The notes under the pieces: model-generated
Database searches by the model: none
The model's input: only the letters and a program-made list of their open reading frames with translations
Told to the model about the DNA's origin: nothing
DNA from: a bacterium
Lineage (GTDB): Bacteria > Patescibacteriota > Minisyncoccia > UBA6257 > GWB1-50-10
Assembly (NCBI GenBank): GCA_002686365.1
Contig: NZBZ01000004.1
Location: 98,752 to 162,751, forward strand
Direction: 5' to 3'
DNA: 64,000 nucleotides
Shown: piece after piece, positions 61,609 through 64,000 of the stretch
How the letters are laid out: each line of letters begins with the position of its first letter
Numbering within the stretch: the first letter of the stretch is position 1
Translations under genes and position numbers: made by a program

Positions 61609-63336
61609 ATGGCGAAAGCAGGTTCAACAAAGAAGCTTTTTTTGGAGGCAGAGGATGATATAGATGAAGCATTGGAGAGGATTTCCGCGTTTGAAGGGAA
61701 GAATGTTGTTTTGAATATTCCAAAGGGTTCTGTGCTCGGAGGTTCTGTTAAGAACTTCCGTTTTTTGCGTAAGAAGACGGATGAGCTTGAGAAGAATTTG
61801 GTTATTGAGTCTGTTGATGATCATGTGCTTGAGCTTGCAGAGGTTGCTGATATTGATGCTGTAAATCCCGTGTTTCGTACAAAAGGCAAGGCAGTTGTTG
61901 ATATTGTTCCGGGCGGTTCTGGAGAGTCTCGTTCAGGGCGCAGTAAAAAGACTGAGAAAATATCTCTTCAGCAAGTAAAAGAAGAGGAGGTTGAAGAGGA
62001 AGAGGGTGAAGAAGAGCCTGACGCAGAGCCAGAGGAGAAAGCAGAGGATGTGGTTCAGGATGAGATTCCGCAAAAGGTAGTTCATTTTTGGGAGAGAGAT
62101 CGTGCAGCAAAGGCGCCTCAGCCCGCGAAGATGGGTTTTCTTTCGTTTTTGCAGAGAGGTAAGAAGTCGAAGGGCGGCATTCAGCTTCCTTCTGCGCGTT
62201 TTGTCCGGTTTGCTGTAGTTTTTCTTGTGATTATTGCTTTAGGTTGGGGACTTGCGACAATTCTTCCTAAGGCAACTATTACACTTGCGCTTAAGCGATA
62301 CCCAGTATCTTTTGTTGAGACGGTGAAGGTTGATACAAAGACTCCTCTGCCAAGCTTTGCCGGAGAGACGGTCTTTTTACCCGGAGAGCTTCTTACTGCA
62401 GTAAAAAATCTTGAGATGAGTTTTCCTGCTACTGGAGAGGATGAGGTAGAGCGGAAAGCAACAGGGAAGATTAAAATTTTTAATGAGTTTAGTTCAAAAT
62501 CTCAGGCTTTGGTTGCGCGTACTAGATTTGAGACGCCGGATGGGCTTGTATACCGATTGTTTGAGCAGGTCACTGTGCCTGGGGCAGATGTTGTAGAAGG
62601 GGAGATAGAGGCATCATCTATTGAGGTTGAGGTATATGCTGATGAAGCAGGAGAGGAGTATAACATTGGGCCGGTTCCGAAGTTTACTATTCCCGGATTT
62701 AAGGGAGGACCTCGGTACGATGGATTTTATGCCGCGTCCGTCGGGTCCATGAAGGGAGGATTTGTAGGAGTTCAGAGAGTTCCAACAGATGCGGACTTAG
62801 AGGTGGCTACAGAGACAATTACGGACAGCTTGCTTGATTCTCTTGAGGGAGAGCTTGCTATTTTAATGAGTGACAGCTTTAAAGTTTTTGATGACACAAC
62901 ATTGTTTCAGATAGTTCGGGAGGAGGTTTATCCGCCTTCCCCCGGAGAGGAGATGTTTAGCGTATTTGTTGAGGGGCAGCTTCAGCAGTTTGTGTTTCGG
63001 GAGGATGATTTGGAGGAGGCTCTTGTTGGCCGCGCTAAGGAGAGTTTAACAGAGGATGTGAGTTTTAATGTTGATGATTTTTCCGTGGAGTTTACAGACC
63101 TTTCAGTTGATTTGTCAGCTGAACGTTTACAGTTTGGAGTTGAGGGAGAGGCTGTGTTTATCGCGGACATTGATTCTTCTGGGCTTACAGCAGAGCTTTT
63201 AGGTAAGAGTTCTGAAGATGTGAAAAAGGAGATTTTTAAACTTCCTGGGCTTGATAGGGCACGTGTGTCGCTTTGGCCATTCTGGGTAAAGAAGGTTCCT
63301 GGGAAAGAAGGGAAGGTGACGATTGAGGTAGAATAA
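61609..63336 (+). CDS. Hypothetical membrane protein with a poly-Glu acidic segment
   Basis: EEEVEEEEGEEEPDAEPEEKAED, then the TM segment FVRFAVVFLVIIALGWGLATIL, then a large C-terminal domain. Confidence 0.45.
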   Translation: MAKAGSTKKLFLEAEDDIDEALERISAFEGKNVVLNIPKGSVLGGSVKNFRFLRKKTDELEKNLVIESVDDHVLELAEVADIDAVNPVFRTKGKAVVDIVPGGSGESRSGRSKKTEKISLQQVKEEEVEEEEGEEEPDAEPEEKAEDVVQDEIPQKVVHFWERDRAAKAPQPAKMGFLSFLQRGKKSKGGIQLPSARFVRFAVVFLVIIALGWGLATILPKATITLALKRYPVSFVETVKVDTKTPLPSFAGETVFLPGELLTAVKNLEMSFPATGEDEVERKATGKIKIFNEFSSKSQALVARTRFETPDGLVYRLFEQVTVPGADVVEGEIEASSIEVEVYADEAGEEYNIGPVPKFTIPGFKGGPRYDGFYAASVGSMKGGFVGVQRVPTDADLEVATETITDSLLDSLEGELAILMSDSFKVFDDTTLFQIVREEVYPPSPGEEMFSVFVEGQLQQFVFREDDLEEALVGRAKESLTEDVSFNVDDFSVEFTDLSVDLSAERLQFGVEGEAVFIADIDSSGLTAELLGKSSEDVKKEIFKLPGLDRARVSLWPFWVKKVPGKEGKVTIEVE

Positions 63337-63337
63337 A

Positions 63338-63495
63338 CTCCTTTTTCTCGTTCGTAAGTCTCCACACATTAAAATTCTTTATTCACTCATTACGGCAATT
63401 TGCCGCCCTGTTTCGCTTTGCTTCACGGGCACCCGGCAAATTGCCTATTCGCTCATAGAATTTAAGATGTGCTCCAACACACTCACTCTGAAAAA
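63338..63495 (+). repeat. Interspersed repeat family A, copy 3
   Basis: Starts 2 nt after the TAA at 63334-63336. Confidence 0.7.
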
Positions 63496-63527
63496 GGAGT
63501 TTATTCTTATGGGTTTATGGGAGGTCT

Positions 63528-63570
63528 GATGGTAGCTCACTTCGTTCCGGCTCGGAACTAGTGAGCTTTT
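63528..63570 (+). terminator. Two-tier terminator hairpin GCTCAC-TTCG-TTCCG-GCT-CGGAA-CTAG-TGAGC plus T5
   Basis: Covaries with the hairpin at 9958-9996. Preceded by TGGGAGGTCTGATGGTA. Confidence 0.55.
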
Positions 63571-63623
63571 TAATTATGTATAGGGGTTTACATGTTTGGT
63601 TTTATGTGGCATAATTGTCCATT

Positions 63624-64000
63624 ATGAAACTTGGGTATTTTGCGCTTATATCTCTTATAGTATTTACCCTGCTTTTTGCAGTTTTAGGGCTATTTGGGCC
63701 TGTTTTTGCGCATTCTGGGGTATCAGTGGATGAAGATGGGTGTCATGAGTGTCGTTCTGAAGATGGATGCTTATTTTTCAATTATTGGAGTGTTCCATAT
63801 GTTAGGAAGCACTGCCATGGCTTGCCTGCGACTTCCACTATTCACATAGGATTTTTTGCAGCAACTTCTACTACAAAAGTTATTGAGGTTTTGCAGGGAG
63901 ATTTGCTTGAAGTTGAGTTTTCTGATGGAGACACTGCGGAGATTCGGCTTCTTGGAGTTCAGAATCCTGATGCTCATGAGTCTCATGACGCATCAGAGTG
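63624..64000 (+). CDS. Secreted thermonuclease (SNase-like) protein; 3' end lies outside the window
   Basis: Hand translation gives MKLGYFALISLIVFTLLFAVLGLFGPVFA... (signal peptide), then ...KVIEVLQGDLLEVEFSDGDTAEIRLLGVQNPDAHE, which matches the SNase pattern V.RVIDGDT......G....VRL.GID.PE. Confidence 0.4.
   Translation, partial: MKLGYFALISLIVFTLLFAVLGLFGPVFAHSGVSVDEDGCHECRSEDGCLFFNYWSVPYVRKHCHGLPATSTIHIGFFAATSTTKVIEVLQGDLLEVEFSDGDTAEIRLLGVQNPDAHESHDASE

Overview
The window is 64 kb of a low-GC, gene-dense bacterial chromosome. It looks like a reduced genome of the CPR/Patescibacteria type, though that is an inference from gene content.

Housekeeping content: the 3' end of parB; an FAD-linked oxidase; a cluster of four GT4 glycosyltransferase genes; proS, mreB-mreC-mreD-mrdA, greA, lysS and serS; a Rel/SpoT gene; groES-groEL; lemA-htpX; an archaeal-type pyrH; glycerate kinase and enolase; dnaG-rpoD; alaS; uppS; an mscS-family channel; a MacA/MacB-like exporter (HlyD adaptor, ABC ATPase, two FtsX permeases); tRNA-Ser(GGA) and tRNA-Pro(UGG).

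Several of these are shortened relative to the usual bacterial forms: ProRS lacks the INS editing domain, AlaRS lacks the C-Ala domain, and Rel lacks the ACT domain.

What stands out:
(1) At least five families of short interspersed repeats or hairpins sit almost exclusively in 3' UTRs, directly after stop codons. One is a ~160-bp element present three times at ~95% identity.
(2) Two paralogous small genes encode a winged-helix domain fused to a Cas2/PaaX-like domain. Each is bracketed by hairpin repeats with a palindromic ACGATCGT-type core, and the upstream hairpin overlaps a TATAAT box only 6-8 nt from the start codon, so the mRNA is probably leaderless and autoregulated.
(3) Next to tRNA-Ser there is a 34-bp perfect palindrome and an AT-rich islet. 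The islet carries a PEP-utilising-enzyme homologue with rifampin-phosphotransferase-like architecture plus a degenerate His-phosphatase-like gene, and is bracketed by ~100-bp direct repeats containing a 30-bp palindrome.
(4) GC-rich islets: an operon of four tiny membrane proteins and a pentapeptide-repeat gene.
(5) A ~600-aa cysteine-rich multi-zinc-ribbon protein with an internal duplication, divergent from a CYTH-domain gene.
(6) A CheY-like receiver gene interrupted by an in-frame TAG.

No CRISPR array, no rRNA and no recognisable transposase were seen.

All coordinates were read by eye and may be off by a few nucleotides.
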